This document shows positions 23,560 through 36,051 of a DNA stretch of 38,120 nt, in pieces. The translations under genes and the position numbers were made by a program. Within the stretch, counting starts at the first letter, position 1; every line of letters begins with the position of its first letter. Source of the DNA: Mesotaenium endlicherianum (lineage: Eukaryota); the NCBI GenBank assembly GCA_009602735.1, contig WELA01000694.1, positions 597,042 through 635,161 of the forward strand. The letters are read 5' to 3'. The notes under the pieces are model-generated. The model did no database searches. It was not told the origin of the DNA and worked only from the letters and a program-made list of their open reading frames with translations.

Positions 23560-25590
23560 CTATTCGTAAGTACTCAATCTTGTGGTCGAACTGTTGCAGA
23601 AACTCCATCCACTTTGCTTGTCTTGGTGTCAACGTTGGCTGCTTCATAAACTTCTCCAAGCTCTTGTGGTCGGTCTTTATGAACACCTTCCGGCCGTCCA
23701 CATAACATCGCCAAATCCTCAAAGCCTGGATAATAGCCAACATCTCCCGCTCGTGTGCTGCATAATTTTGCTTTGCAGGTTTCAACTTCCTGCTCTCATA
23801 TGCCACAGGCTGCAATTCTTTGCCCTGGTCCTGGAGAAGAATGGCTCCCACTGCAAACTTCGATGCGTCCGTGATGATGGTGAAAGGAAGCTCTGGACTG
23901 GCAATTGCCAACACAGATGCCTGTGTCAACAACTCCTTAATCTTCTCAAAGGCTTGCTGCTCCTTGTCACCCCATAGCCACTTCTCCTGCTTCTCCAACA
24001 TGTCCGTGAGCAGTGCTCACACCTTGGCAAATCCTTCAATGAAGCGTCGATAATAATTCGCCATGCCGAAAAAACTTCTGAGTTGATGAATATCAGCAGG
24101 TAGCGGCCAATCTCTAACCGCTTGCACCTTCTTCTACTCCACCTTGACTCCTTGAGCTCCCACTATGTGCCTAAGGAACTGGACCTCCTTGAGACAGAAG
24201 TCGCACTTGCTCATCTTTCCATATAACATTGATCTCTCAAGACCTCCAACACCTTCCTCAGATGCTCCATATGCTCTTCTAAGGTCTTTAAATAGGCTAG
24301 GTTGTCGTCCAAAAATACCATTACAAATTGGTCCAAATAGGGTCTGAAGATATTATTCATGAGTCTCATGAATGTAGCAGGTGCATTGGTCAATCCAAAA
24401 GGCATGACTGTGAACTCGAATAAACCATAGCGAGTCCTGAAAGCAATCTTCTGAACATCGTCTTCCGCAAATCCGTACCTGATGGTAGCCACTCCTCAAA
24501 TCGATCTTCGAGAAATACTTCGCCCCGACAAGCCTGTCAATCAACTCGTCCACTCGTGGAAGTGGGTACTTGTTCTTGATGGTGACCTTGTTGAGAGCCC
24601 GGTAGTCGACACACATCCTCATAGTCCCATCCTTCTTCTTCACAAGTAAGACCGGCGCTGCAAATGGAGACTCGCTGGGTCGGATGAATCCCTTCTCCAA
24701 CAACTCTGTCAGCTGCTTCTTCAACTCATCCAACTCCGCAAACGATTGACGATAGGCGGGTCTCACTGGTGGCTTGCTCCCTGGTTCCAACTCGATCTTG
24801 TGCTCCATAGCTCTCTGTGGAGGTAATCCTGGAGGTAGCTCCTCAGGAAATACGCACTTGAACTCCTCCAACAGCGCCTTAATTTGGGCAGGCATCTCCG
24901 CAGGCTTCTTCGCTTGAGCAGTTGGCTCTGCTTCTTCTGAGCAAGGGAATCAAACACCACTACTTGCTCCTCCGGCGATGTACATTCGCCCAGGCTGTTA
25001 GGATTCACGCTTGCTCCATTTGATGACCTGGCCAGGGCCACCCAAACAAGGTACATCTCCTTCACCTGATTCGCCCTGCATAGCTTCTTAACTTGCAGGC
25101 TCGACAGAAGACAGTTACTTGTGGTCGTATCTACCTCCACCTGTTTCGCTGTCTTCATTCGACCATCATGCCCTTGGACCTTCACTTGTCCTGTGCTCCA
25201 GTGCACTTGAGGGTTGGCCTTTCTCAGCCATGGTCGGCCCAATATCACCTCATGGTGACCTAACTTTGCCTGCTCCATAACTTCCTTACTCCAGTGCCCC
25301 GCTACTTCCACGTGAATAGCTTCCGTAGGTGCACCACACTTGAGTCTCTGCCCATTCGCCAAAATTGCCTCCTTAGGCTCATAATGCTTCTGCACAGGGA
25401 TTCGCCACTCTTTCACCATCTTCATGTGCACAAAGTTTGCACTTGCGCCACTGTCGACCATACACTTCGCCTTGTTGCCGTCGACTACTCCTTCCACAAT
25501 GATAGGCTTGTCAACGTCTCGTCCTTTGCTTCTCGGCAGGCTCCTGGGAATAACCTCCTTGTGAGTTCTCGTCTTCACGCCAGTAAACAC
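23560..25590 (-). pseudogene. Ty3/gypsy pol (protease-RT-RNase H), frameshifted
   Basis: ORFs 24763-25590, 24353-24895, 24211-24492, 23504-24001 in successive frames. Confidence 0.9.
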
Positions 25591-25601
25591 CCTAGAACGA
25601 C

Positions 25602-26633
25602 TTACTGGCGTCCTCCTTTTTCCTGTTGTTGAGGTTGCTTCGCCTTCACATGACAGTCTCGAGCCAGATGTCCAAGCTTGCCACGATTATAGCAGGGTCC
25701 TCTCTGCTTGGAACTCTGCTGCCTGCGCTGATACTGCACAAGTCCCAACTCCATAGGTACTGGACCTTGACCACTCTTGCTTGGCGCTTGATATCCAAAG
25801 TGTCGATAACCTCCAAAGTTGTGGCTGCCCCACTGCCTCTGACTATACTCCACAGCGTCAACCCTTGTTGCCAATGCCATCATTTCTCCAAGACTGGTAG
25901 GGTCCTTGAGCGCCACTTCCTTGGCCACAGTTGGCTTGTGTCCCCTCTTGAACTTGTCCATCATCTCCGACTCGTGCATGGATGGACATTGAAGCACCAG
26001 CTCGTTGAAGCGCGATACATACTCCTGAACGCTTCCTCGTTGACGAAGGCGCACCAATAGGTCTCGAGCGGTAGCCTCGGGTGCAATAGGTTGAAATTGC
26101 CTCTTCAAGCCTTCAAATAGCTGATCAACAGTAGCAGGAACTCCAGACAGGTGCTCTTCTCGTTCATACCAAGCTCCAGCACTCTTCCGCAGCAAAGGTA
26201 TGACAAAGGCGACTTGCCTGACGGGCGTGAGCGCAGAATACTCCATAAACTTCTTCACTCCAAAAATTCATTGATGAACAGGCGGCGATCCACGCTCTCC
26301 AGTATAAACTTCAGGCTTAGGCGCACGCACTCCTGATGCGGGTGAAATAACTGGTTGCACCACTGGGTTAACATGAATCGGTGGTACAACGTGTGCAGGT
26401 GCCAAACTCGTCGAAGCGGCGTTTTCAACAACAACTCCCACCATTCTTCCCACCTCCGCGCGCATATTTTGTTGAAATTGGGCGTAGACTTCTCCTCCAA
26501 TTGCATTTGCCATTTGCCTGAGCATCGCCTGCATCTCTTGTTGCTCTCTAGTCATCGTTGGTGCTGCCTGCTGCCCCGCGCGCTCAACATGCTCGACAAT
26601 TTCGCCTCCTCCAGTTGCCGACTGCGACTCCAT
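25602..26633 (-). pseudogene. Ty3/gypsy gag (frameshift near 26260)
   Basis: ORFs 26268-26633 and 25602-26258; LRQRGSVQEY capsid motif, zinc knuckle with a C->R change. Confidence 0.85.
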
Positions 26634-26655
26634 GATATAATATGCAAACTAGCTC

Positions 26656-26668
26656 AGCTTCGATACCA
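26656..26668 (-). promoter_or_regulatory. primer binding site, tRNA-iMet-like
   Basis: minus strand TGGTATCGAAGCT, 2 nt after the LTR end ...CCCCTTTCA (26671). Confidence 0.8.
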
Positions 26669-26670
26669 GA

Positions 26671-27414
26671 TGAAAGGGGCAGAGTGCCCTAGTGGAAACG
26701 TAGTAACTCACGAGGAAAGGAACTAGTTGCAATCATACTAGAGAGTGCAGCAGCATATCACTAACAAGGCTCAGGAAAAATACTCAACATTTTGAGTAGC
26801 AAGAAACTGCTCACAAATGATGTAGAATGGAAGGCCTTGTCATTACAAACCCGTAGAAATTTACAGAAGTGAAAATTGATAAGAAACAAAGAAGTTATGC
26901 CTATTTATAATTTTCTGCCTAAGTGCTCCCCTCTAGGAGGAAGCTACGGATTTTCCTAAGTGTTTGTCAAATTGTCCCTTCCAGAATATTCGTGAGTAAG
27001 CCAGATCAGTCTAATCTGACGTGTCGGGCCGAATTGACGTCCACATACATGCATCAAAATTACTAGAATATTCTATCTTAGACGCGCTAGGCTAAACCGA
27101 AACTTCTAGGTAAATCGACCTAGTCGGCACTCTGCGTCAGCCGAACTTTCGTGAAGGTTCGAGTTCACACTAACGGGCCAGATCGCTCGACGCTGTCAAT
27201 CAATCCGACGGTCGCGCTCACCGCGAGTTAAGGACAGTTGTCAACCGACCTCAAAATTAATTAAACTTCAGAAATTCGTAACTCTCTCAATACTTGACCA
27301 AATTTGATGAACTTTATATCAAAATGACCACAAAAATGCACTCTACATTAATATACAATCAAAACATACTTTTATGAAAATTAGAAATGCACTTTATAAA
27401 CGTATGACCGTGCA
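26671..27414 (-). repeat. 5' LTR (outer end not identified) of the minus-strand gypsy element
   Basis: ends in CA next to the PBS; TATAAATAG on - at 26901-26909; AT-rich and non-coding. Confidence 0.65.
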
Positions 27415-28213
27415 CTTGGGACCCCACGCTGAATGGATGCCTGAGTGATATGAATGCTGAGACCGAGGAGCACAGGAGGAGGGAAGAGACTATTTCTCTA
27501 AGGGGAAGCATGCCTTTGTCAAATGGGCGAAGAATGCAGGCCGGATAGATATCAGCAGGCTGAAGGCTAAGCAACCTCCAGCTCGTCCTAAGAAAGGGCG
27601 GTCAGTAGATTTTTGCATGTCTACCAGGGAGCAGGACGACTTAGTGGACGAGATCCCTACCTTCTCAGAAGAGGAAGATGAGGAGGCTGAGGAAGAAGAA
27701 CAAGGCAGAGGAGAAGCATCAGGATCTGGTACTCAGGAGATCCAGGGGCAGGCAGAAGCAGGGACTCCAAGAGCGCCAAGATCAGGTATATGGAATGTGA
27801 TCCCTACTATGGAGGCAACAGGATCCCGCACTTGTTCTTCCAACCTACCTGCCCAAGCAGGGGAAGAAGTTGATATGATTGTTCTTGGCAGCAGAGAAAG
27901 GCCAAAATCCCCAGAGGACAGGGGTACCAGAAGAGGGACACGCGGAGTAGCTAGAGGTATGCTGGCCATCCCCTTCAGTCAGGGATATGTGCCTCTTGCC
28001 AATGTATTTCAACATCCTACCGGAAGGCCTGTTCATGTGGGCATCAACACCCAGGTGGTTGAAGAGCAGGCTATAATCCTTCGTTCTCCTCGAGGCCCAA
28101 CTTTAGAACAAATGGGGTTCTTTAGAAGGCCAGCTGACAGACCTAGAGGGTTGTCCAGATCTAGGTTCAGATCTCAGTCTCCTGATCTTGGAGCCCCAGG
28201 AACAACCCCCTAA
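27415..28213 (+). pseudogene. family X extra ORF, divergent copy C (3' half)
   Basis: WDP.LNGCL...KAKQPPARPKK...SRSR.RS..PGTTP homologous to 21758-22552; one frameshift near 27482; different sequence after the stop. Confidence 0.85.
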
Positions 28214-28326
28214 ACATCAAAACCATCCTCCAGTCAAGCCTTGCTAGAGGTCTCTCTGTTTGCACCCCGTAACGGAAGTGGACTGAGGGTGGAGGTGACA
28301 GTTCACTGTCACTAGTGATCCCCGCA

Positions 28327-29225
28327 TGTAACGATCCGAGCTATTTTAGGCGTATTTGGGACGTTTTCCCAATTACCTAAAGTACATTATACTATTTATC
28401 ATATTATTTGATAAATGATTGCATCATATTCAATTTTTCGCCACACGCGTGTGTCGATTAATTCCTGGTTGATTGGCAAAATGACCAAGATACTATTGCA
28501 AAAAGCGTCGTAACGTAACTCGACTACTTTGCAAAAGTACGACATAATTATTCATGAAGTTACTTTGATTAATTTTGAGACGATAACTTAATAAATCACT
28601 GATTGATTAAGTTGATTTGATTGTCATTATTTCGGATAATGCACAATCTTAGATTTTGCATTTACGACCAGTCGTTAATGCAAAGAAACATGCAAAAGTC
28701 AAACGACACATAATATGCAAAGCGACTTTGCATTTGAGCAGATTTGAACCCGTGACCTGTCCTTTGAAACGTTCACACCTAACCGATTGGCGAAGTAGTT
28801 CTCATAACTACCGGTACATGACAAAAGCACCTGTACGTGACTCCGCGAACAGTCGCGACTTTTCAAAAGTCGCGTGAACGCAAATACGCCCGTTTGGCGT
28901 GAAACGATTTTTCGGAAACCGTCAAAAAGTCTCCAAACGGCCAAACGGCGCGTTTCGAGCATTCGGCCGAATGGGTCGTACCCCTTCGTCCGTTTACGTT
29001 GAACATGAGCCAGTGCCCTAGGTGGTGACTCGAAGTTCTCCAGTGCCTCATGTCGTGTAAGTATAAATACTTGCAACTCTCACAAGCACAAATTCTACGT
29101 TAATTTTCATTATCGCTTTCTCAAGGATTTGTCAATTTGCACAAGTATATAGATTTTCTTTCCACTTTATTTAAATATTCCTTGAATATCGAGGAAAGAT
29201 CCTCTCAAAAAGCAGAAACGTTACA
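28327..29225 (+). repeat. 5' LTR (899 bp) of the plus-strand gypsy element
   Basis: TGTAACG...CGTTACA perfect 7-bp inverted ends; TATAAATA at 29062; followed by the PBS. Confidence 0.85.
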
Positions 29226-29226
29226 T

Positions 29227-29239
29227 TGGTATCGGAGCC
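29227..29239 (+). promoter_or_regulatory. primer binding site, tRNA-iMet-like
   Basis: TGGTATCGGAGCC, 1 nt after the LTR CA. Confidence 0.85.
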
Positions 29240-30600
29240 GATCTCGGTTTCTCCAAGGAAATTTTGTGGTTGGCATATATATTTTGGGAAAATATATTTT
29301 GGGGCAGTTTTTCGTATTGGGAAGGTCACCCATCCCACTCCTGCCCTAACCCAACGGTCGCTTATCGTAGCATTTTCCGACGGACATTTTTTCTCCATTT
29401 TCCGGCGTTTCCTAGGATTTCCAAAAAAATCCGGCGCCGACGCAGCTGTTGGTGCAACTGCGCTGCTGCCGCTCTTGCCGCTGGCCACGACGACAACCTC
29501 AATGGTCCCTCAGGCCAACTGGGCGCTGTCGGAATATTTTCCGTTGAACCCTTTTTTTCGCCACGTTCATTGCGCACAGTCGTTTTGTTTCCAAGATGGT
29601 TATTAACACCGCAATTTGTTCATACTTGCAGGCTGTCCAGGGGGTTGCTAGCACATTTGGGACCGCTGGCGACGTTACTCTTTAGCCCCTCCCACTTGCC
29701 ACCCCTGGGCAGGCCTCGGCATCGACGCCTACCCACAAACCTTACCCGCCTGAAGAATTTCAAGGTCGCCCAAAGTCCACTGTAGCTCGCGAGACGAGAC
29801 AACAAAAGGAGCCAGCCGTACACCCTCGTCGTCAGCCTGTTTGCACTATACGTCCTCCTCATACCGGTTTATATACATCTCGTAAGGGAGGTCCGAAACG
29901 GCATAATCCTTCCAAAAGCGGAAACATTGCCAATTCACCAGGACCTGCCCTAAAGACTCGCAAGATTGATAACACAGAGACTCGTCCCCACATTGTGGCG
30001 CCAGGTATGTGTTTTTCATGTGGCAAAAAGGGCCATATTTTTAAAACGTGTCCTTCAAGAAAGGATTCGCGGTATAATCCCGACGACGTAGCTCAGGAGC
30101 CAGTCATTGCGCCTCCTTCTGAGCTATTGACAACACTCCTTAGTGAGCAAGAACTTCTAGGTGTATGTTCGCATACACCTAAGATTCTTGTTCTCTCTGG
30201 CATACCCAATATTGATATATTTCGTTCGAAATATATCAGTATGCACGTGTTGAGCTTTGACGAATTTACGGAACTCGAGTGTATCCATGCTTGCATGTTC
30301 TTGCACTTCTAGCCGCATGATCCTAACATTGTACAGTGCTACGAACACTTGTCTCGATTACGGAAAATGCACAAGTGTCTTGCACCAATTCATATTGCTG
30401 CATTCATGCAAAAACGCTTGTACTCTGACCCGATTACTCGGTTTCAAGCGCGATCGGCAATGCAAAATGGGATTGTGGTAAAGGACCTCCATATTTCCCA
30501 CATTCCTCTCAAAGCGAGGACATTGTTAGTGATGCATAATTCTTCTTTGGGGTTAAGTATGACATTTGAAACGAAAGTTTTAGGCATATCATGCTTTACA

Positions 30601-31750
30601 GTCATTGATTTAGGCGCATAAGTGAGCTTCGTTAGTGCACGTTTTGCACAAGGGATGAAGTTGCTTCCAATACTCAAGGACGAGACACTTTGCCTTGGCG
30701 ATGGCTCGTTAGCTTGTATTTTTGGAACGATTAAGTTACAGCTAAAAGTGCAATCATACCTCGGCCACAAACAATTTTACGGTAGTGAATTGCCCGCTGG
30801 TATTGATGCAATTTTGGGTAACAGTTGGCTTACGCAAACAAGTGCATTGCTTGACTTCAGTCAAAAGACATGCATTGTACGCAAGGGGACTAGGAAGATT
30901 ACTCTTCAGTCTCTTAAGCCCGATATGGCCTTGGAAAGTCCTTCAAATACTCTTTTATTGTCCATAAAGCAAGCTCGACGTTTGGCAAAGCACGGTCAAA
31001 ATGACTTCTATGAATTACTAAGACCCAATTCCCCAGCAACTTCCACTACTCTCTTTACGCAAGAGCCGATGTTGGACGTTACTGGTCATGAGAACACACT
31101 CACAACTGAACTTCATGCTCTTTTGCAAAAGTATAAGTCAGTGTTTTCAAGTGCAATACCAGCCGGGCTTCCGCTTGACAGGGGTATTGGACACGCAATC
31201 CCTCTCATTCCCGATTCTCAACCGACTTGGCGACCAATTTATCGCCTAAGCCCATTGGAGATGAACAAAATAAAGGACCAAATTAGCGACTTGCTAGCGA
31301 AAGGATGGATTGAGCCGAGCTCTTCTCCATTCGGCGCCCCCATCCTATTTGTTCAAAAGAAAGATGGGACGCTTAGAATGCGCATTGATTATCGTGCGTT
31401 GAACAACATAACGGTCAAGAACCGCTATTCGTTGCCTCGCATTGATGATTTGATTGATTCGCTGCAGGGGGCATGCGTGTATTCCTCGCTTAATTTAGCC
31501 CAAGGCTATCATCAAATTCGAATCACACCCGAGGATGTCCCAAAAACAGCGTTTTTACGCCTATTGGGCACTTCCAGTACAAAGTCCTAAGTTTTGGACT
31601 TACCAATGCACCAGCGACGTTCCAAAGTACGATGAACGATTTGTTTAGACCTTACTTGGGGACATTTGTCCAGGTTTACCTCAACAATATCCTCGTCTAT
31701 TCAAAGAACAGGGACGAGCATTACAAGCACCTCGAATTGGTGTTGCACAT
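30601..31750 (+). pseudogene. Ty3/gypsy protease-RT, disrupted
   Basis: ORF 30622-31590, frameshift near 31555, mutated YxDD (YLNN). Confidence 0.88.
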
Positions 31751-32471
31751 CGAAATGAATCGACTTACCAAATAGGCGATTAACAATTAATAAAGATCTT
31801 TATATCAGCGAGTAATCTTTATGGTATTTTTCGTTAACTGGTTTAACGGCAGGGGACAACACACTAGCAGTGAATAATACTCGTCAGTCAAATGCGAGTA
31901 AACTAGCATCAATAATGCAAATCAACAAACTCATACATAAGCAAGGTTAGAAGACAGTGCGTATCAATGGCTTCTCGCCTTGGATTCAGATCTCCCTCAG
32001 TAAGCTGTACAAGAGAGTTGGCCTCGTTTCCGAATGTCGAACTCGAGAGTAATGCCTAGCATATGTACATGGAATGAGTTTACTGTTCAACGGTCAGCGC
32101 GATGGCACCGCCTACCCGGGAGTTAACCACGTTGGTAGGACCTCGGTTAACCAAATCCACCGCCATCTCCCATCATCCCGAATTGCCATCCATCATAGGG
32201 ATATCATCTGGCCATTCATCTAGCCTACCACACTTAGATGCATATGAGGCAGTTCGCTGCTACCGAGTACTGAAGTCAGCTGGCTGTCAAAGAATGTGTC
32301 AGCAAGCTGACTTAAGCTGACTTCAGCCTGCTGCATCCGGCTGAGTCATTAAACTGCTATTAAATATAAAGTCCAACAAACTGATTATTTAACTAGAGTT
32401 CAGCAGGTCGAACTTAATTTACTATTACATTTAAATGAATATTATATCTACTAATATACTGATTCATTACA
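31751..32471 (-). repeat. family X LTR (721 bp, 3' LTR of copy B)
   Basis: reverse complement of 22666-23388 with scattered substitutions; terminal CA mutated to CG; preceded by the PPT. Confidence 0.92.
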
Positions 32472-32583
32472 ATCCCTCCAACTTAACTTGTTGTCGCCTC
32501 GACAACATTAAACTTCAAGAGATGTTATTCAGCAAATTGGACCTGACCCGCCTCTCCCAGTGACTGCTCCTTCAGCCTGTTGC

Positions 32584-34261
32584 CTAGGGGGTTGTTGCTG
32601 GGGCTTCAGGATCAGGAGACCGAGATCTGGACCTAGATCTGGACAGCCCTCTAGGTCTGTCAGCTGGCCTTCTAAAGAACCCCGTTTGCTCTAAAGTTGG
32701 ACCGCGAGGAGAACGAAGGATGGTAGCCTGCTCTTCACCCACTTGGGTGTTGATCCCCACATAGACAGGCATTCCAGTAAGATGCTGGAACACATTGGCA
32801 AGAGGTACATGCCCCTGAGCGAAGGGAGAGGCCGGCATACTTCTGGCCACCCCGCGGGTCCCTCTTCTGGCACCCCTGTCCTCTGGGGATTCTGCCTGTG
32901 TCTGCTGCCAAGTACAGTCAGATCGGCTTCTTCCCCTGCTTGGGCAGGAGGGCTGGGGGAGCGAGTGTGGGGTCCAGTTGCCTCCATGACAGGGATCACG
33001 TTCCAAACACCTGATCGTGGTTCTTTAAAAAGTGCCCCTGCCTGCCCCTGGGTCTCTTGAGTACCAGCTGCTGATGCTTCTCCTCTGCCCTGTTCTTCTT
33101 CCTCATCCTCCTCATCCTCCTCCTCGAAGAGAGTAGGAGTCTCGTCCACTAAATTGTCTTGCTCCCTAGTAGACATGGAGTAGTCTACCGACCTCCCTTT
33201 CTTAGGGCGCGCTGGAGGTTGCTTGGCCTTCAGCCTGCTGATATCTATCCGGCCTGCATTCTTCGCCCATTTGACAAAGGCATGCTTTCCCTTAGAGAAG
33301 TAGTCTCTTCCCCTCCTCCTATGCTCCTTGGTCTCGACATTCATATTGCTCAGGCAGCCATTCAGCCTGGGGTCCCAAGGGGCAATGTGAGGTGGTAGAA
33401 TGAGGTAGCCGTCTAGGCCATAGTGGAAATCATCCGGTTGGGCTCGGTCACACTCCTGCTTCTTATTTGTGACGGTCATCCACCTCCAGTCTGTTGGCTG
33501 CTAGTAGTACTGGGGTCCGTGCTCAGCCTTCCTCAGTTTACACGGGAACCAGTGGGGAGAGAACATCTGCTGTCCTGCTTCCCTGGCCAAATACTCCCAG
33601 CTCCTTCTCTCAACTNCTCATTGTAAGCTGGCAGTAATGTGAGGTAGAATACCGTATCCTTGAAGCTATCGGGCCGCATGCTCACCATCCGGATGAGTCT
33701 CTGATCTCCCACTATTCCCGGTATGGGGACCGGCTTGTCCTCTGAATTATCTGCAAGGTACCGGGCCTGCTCTATTGTATAGCCCACCATCTTGGCATAA
33801 TCTTCGTAGAGGACCACACCAGTGTGTGTCTCGATGTACCTATCCAGTGCTGCAGCTCCTTCCCTCTGTAGCAGTGTTGTCTGTTCCAGCTTGTTGATTT
33901 CCTGGGCTGCCAGCAATGCTTCCTTCAGGTTATCGAAGTTTTGGCCACCCACCACAGTATACCTGTAAGTGGCCAAGCTCTTTTGTCTGTCCGCTTCAAT
34001 CTTTTTCCTTCCCTCCTCCTCTGCCGCTGCTGCTTCCTCTTGTTGTTTCTTCTGTCTCTCCTCCTCAGCTTTCCTGAGGTTTTCCGCTTCCTGATCCTTC
34101 TTCCTCTGTGCCTCTTCTGCCGCCTCTTGTTGTCTGCGGACCCTTTCTTGTTCTTTCCTGGCGAGGGACGTCGCCGCCAGCTCCTTCTGGTATTGCTCCA
34201 TTGTCCTCCTGGCTTCTTCTGCCTTGCGCTTTCTGTCCTCCTTTTGTGTGGTGGGAGCCAT
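32584..34261 (-). pseudogene. family X extra ORF, copy B (N at 33616, frameshift near 32890)
   Basis: ORFs 33533-34339, 32691-33479 and 32584-33006 together reproduce the copy A protein. Confidence 0.87.
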
Positions 34262-34656
34262 TCTGCACATGTGACCAGGGCACAAGTTAGTGGGGTATCG
34301 ACCTTTGTCATAGGAGTTGCAGGAAGAGAGTAAGTTCATATTAATATGGTATATCCGTTCCTGTTTACCTTACAGGGTGATTGCTAGGAGTTGACGTAGT
34401 TGCGGTGCGCTAGACATAAACGTATGAATGTGTTTTCAGGTGGGTTAAGTGATGTATTGCGGTGCGAGGCCCTTTTTGCGTTCAGCCAAAGGTGCTTTAT
34501 GTGGGCCAGGCTGTCCCCTATGTCACTATGCTGACACTTAGGTTTCACATAACCGTCCCTTTCTCACTCTCGCACACTAACTGTCATATATTTTCCCCTC
34601 CAACGTAAATGGAGACAAGACCTCCTGTCACGTTCCCGTGTCAACTGAAATGACTG

Positions 34657-35402
34657 TTAGGGAGGTGCTCCAGCCGCCCGAAGGTGGAACCGTTTCAACG
34701 CCCCTTTGGCATTAGTCAAATGGTCTTTGAATTCCCAAGTGTCCCCAGAGGCTTCGTAACCCTTCCATCGAATGAGGTACTTCATGACATATTTAGACGA
34801 TCGACGGACCGAGCGAGCGTCTAAAATTTCTTCGACCTCATATTCGTCAGGATCGCCGTCCCGGACAGCGGGGACCGGTCCCGGTTGGACAGGTAACCGA
34901 CCTGTGAACAGTGTATCACCTTTGATGTATGGTTCCAGGAAGGAGACATTAAAGACCGGGTGACCCTTGTATTCGGCTGACATGTTCAGTTTGTAAGCAT
35001 TCTCACCCACACAACGTACCACCGAATATGGACCGACCCAGACCAAGCATTTTCTTGACCACGCCCGGGAGGTACAGGTGCTGAGAATGCAGTTTGACTA
35101 AATCGCCCTTAGAAAATGTCAGCTCCCGGCGGTGTTGATTAGCGTAATTTTGTTGGTTTTCTTGGGCTTTGTGCAGGTTTTGTTGGACTCCTGACAAGGT
35201 GTCAGCAAACTCCTGAGTTAACTGGAGGGAGACCGGGTTGTCAATCCCTTCAGGGTCAGTTAAAGACTCCCCCAGTACATCTAAAGGAGACTTAGGGACT
35301 CTACCCAGGCTGAGTTCAAAAGGAGTCTTCCCCGTTGACGCGTGCACCGCACTGTTGACCGCAAACTGAATTTGAGGCAACAGGTCATCCCAATTATCTT
35401 GT
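34657..35402 (-). pseudogene. chromovirus integrase C-terminus with GPY/F motif and chromodomain
   Basis: NWDDLLPQIQFAVNS..HASTGKTPF, WVGPY, HPVFNVSFLEPY, EYEVEEILD..YLIRWKGY...DTWE; frameshift near 35045. Confidence 0.92.
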
Positions 35403-36050
35403 TGGTATTTTTCGTTAACTGGTTAAACGGCAAAGGACAACACACTAGCAGTGAATAATACTCGTAAGTCAAATGCGAGTAAACTAGCATCAATAATGCA
35501 AATCAGTAAACTCATACATAAGCAAGGTTAGAAGACAGTGCGTATCAATGGCTTCTTGCCTTGGATTCAGATCGCTCTCGGTAAGCTGTACAAGAGAGTG
35601 GCCTCGTTTCCGAATGCCGAACTCGAGAGCAATGCCTAGCATATGTACATGGAATGAGTTTACTGTTCAACGGCCAGTGCGATGGCACCGCCTACCCGGG
35701 AGTTAACCACGTCCGCAGGACCTCGGTTAACCAAATCCGTAGCCATCTCCCATCATCCCGAATCGCCATCCATCATAGGGATGTCATCTGGCCATTCATC
35801 TAGTAATCCACACTTAGATGCATATCGAGGCAGTTCGCTGCTACCGAGTACGGAAGTCAGCTTGCTGTCAAAGAATGTGTCAGCAAGCTGACTTAAGGTG
35901 ACCTCAGCCTGCTACTTCCGGCCGAGTCATTAAACTGATATTAAATATGAAGTCCAGCAGACTGATCATTACTAGAGTTCAGCAAGCTGAACTTATTTAA
36001 CTATATTATTTAAATGAATATTATGTCAACCAATATACTGATTCATTACA
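35403..36050 (-). repeat. family X LTR, lacking ~70 bp of its 3' end
   Basis: starts TGTAATGAAT at 36050; homology to 31822-32471; fused to integrase at 35403. Confidence 0.9.
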
Positions 36051-36051
36051 G

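Larger units (their letters stand above)
23389..27414 (-). mobile_element. degenerate Ty3/gypsy element (partial LTR, PBS, gag, protease, RT, RNase H; integrase missing)
   Basis: gag with PVPMELG and CYNRGKLGHLARDC knuckle; VDSGA protease; [19 protein letters not shown] motifs; TDAS/ERE RNase H; several frameshifts. Confidence 0.93.
28327..31750 (+). mobile_element. degenerate Ty3/gypsy element (5' LTR, PBS, gag, protease, RT), cut by a family X LTR
   Basis: CFSCGKKGHIFKTC knuckle (~30010), IDLGA*VSFVS protease (~30604), [21 protein letters not shown] (31130-31750). Confidence 0.92.
31751..36050 (-). mobile_element. family X copy B: truncated 5' LTR, integrase C-terminus plus chromodomain, extra ORF, PPT, 3' LTR
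   Basis: same-orientation family X LTRs at both ends; gag/RT region deleted; flanks do not form a TSD. Confidence 0.82.

Noticed and set aside
34545..34606. Second PPT plus LTR start on - (GAGAGTGAGAAAGGGACGG-tta-TGTGAAAC; also GTTGGAGGGGAAAA)
   Set aside because: No partner LTR or closing inverted end in the window; not called, but kept as the main alternative that would unlink integrase from the extra ORF.
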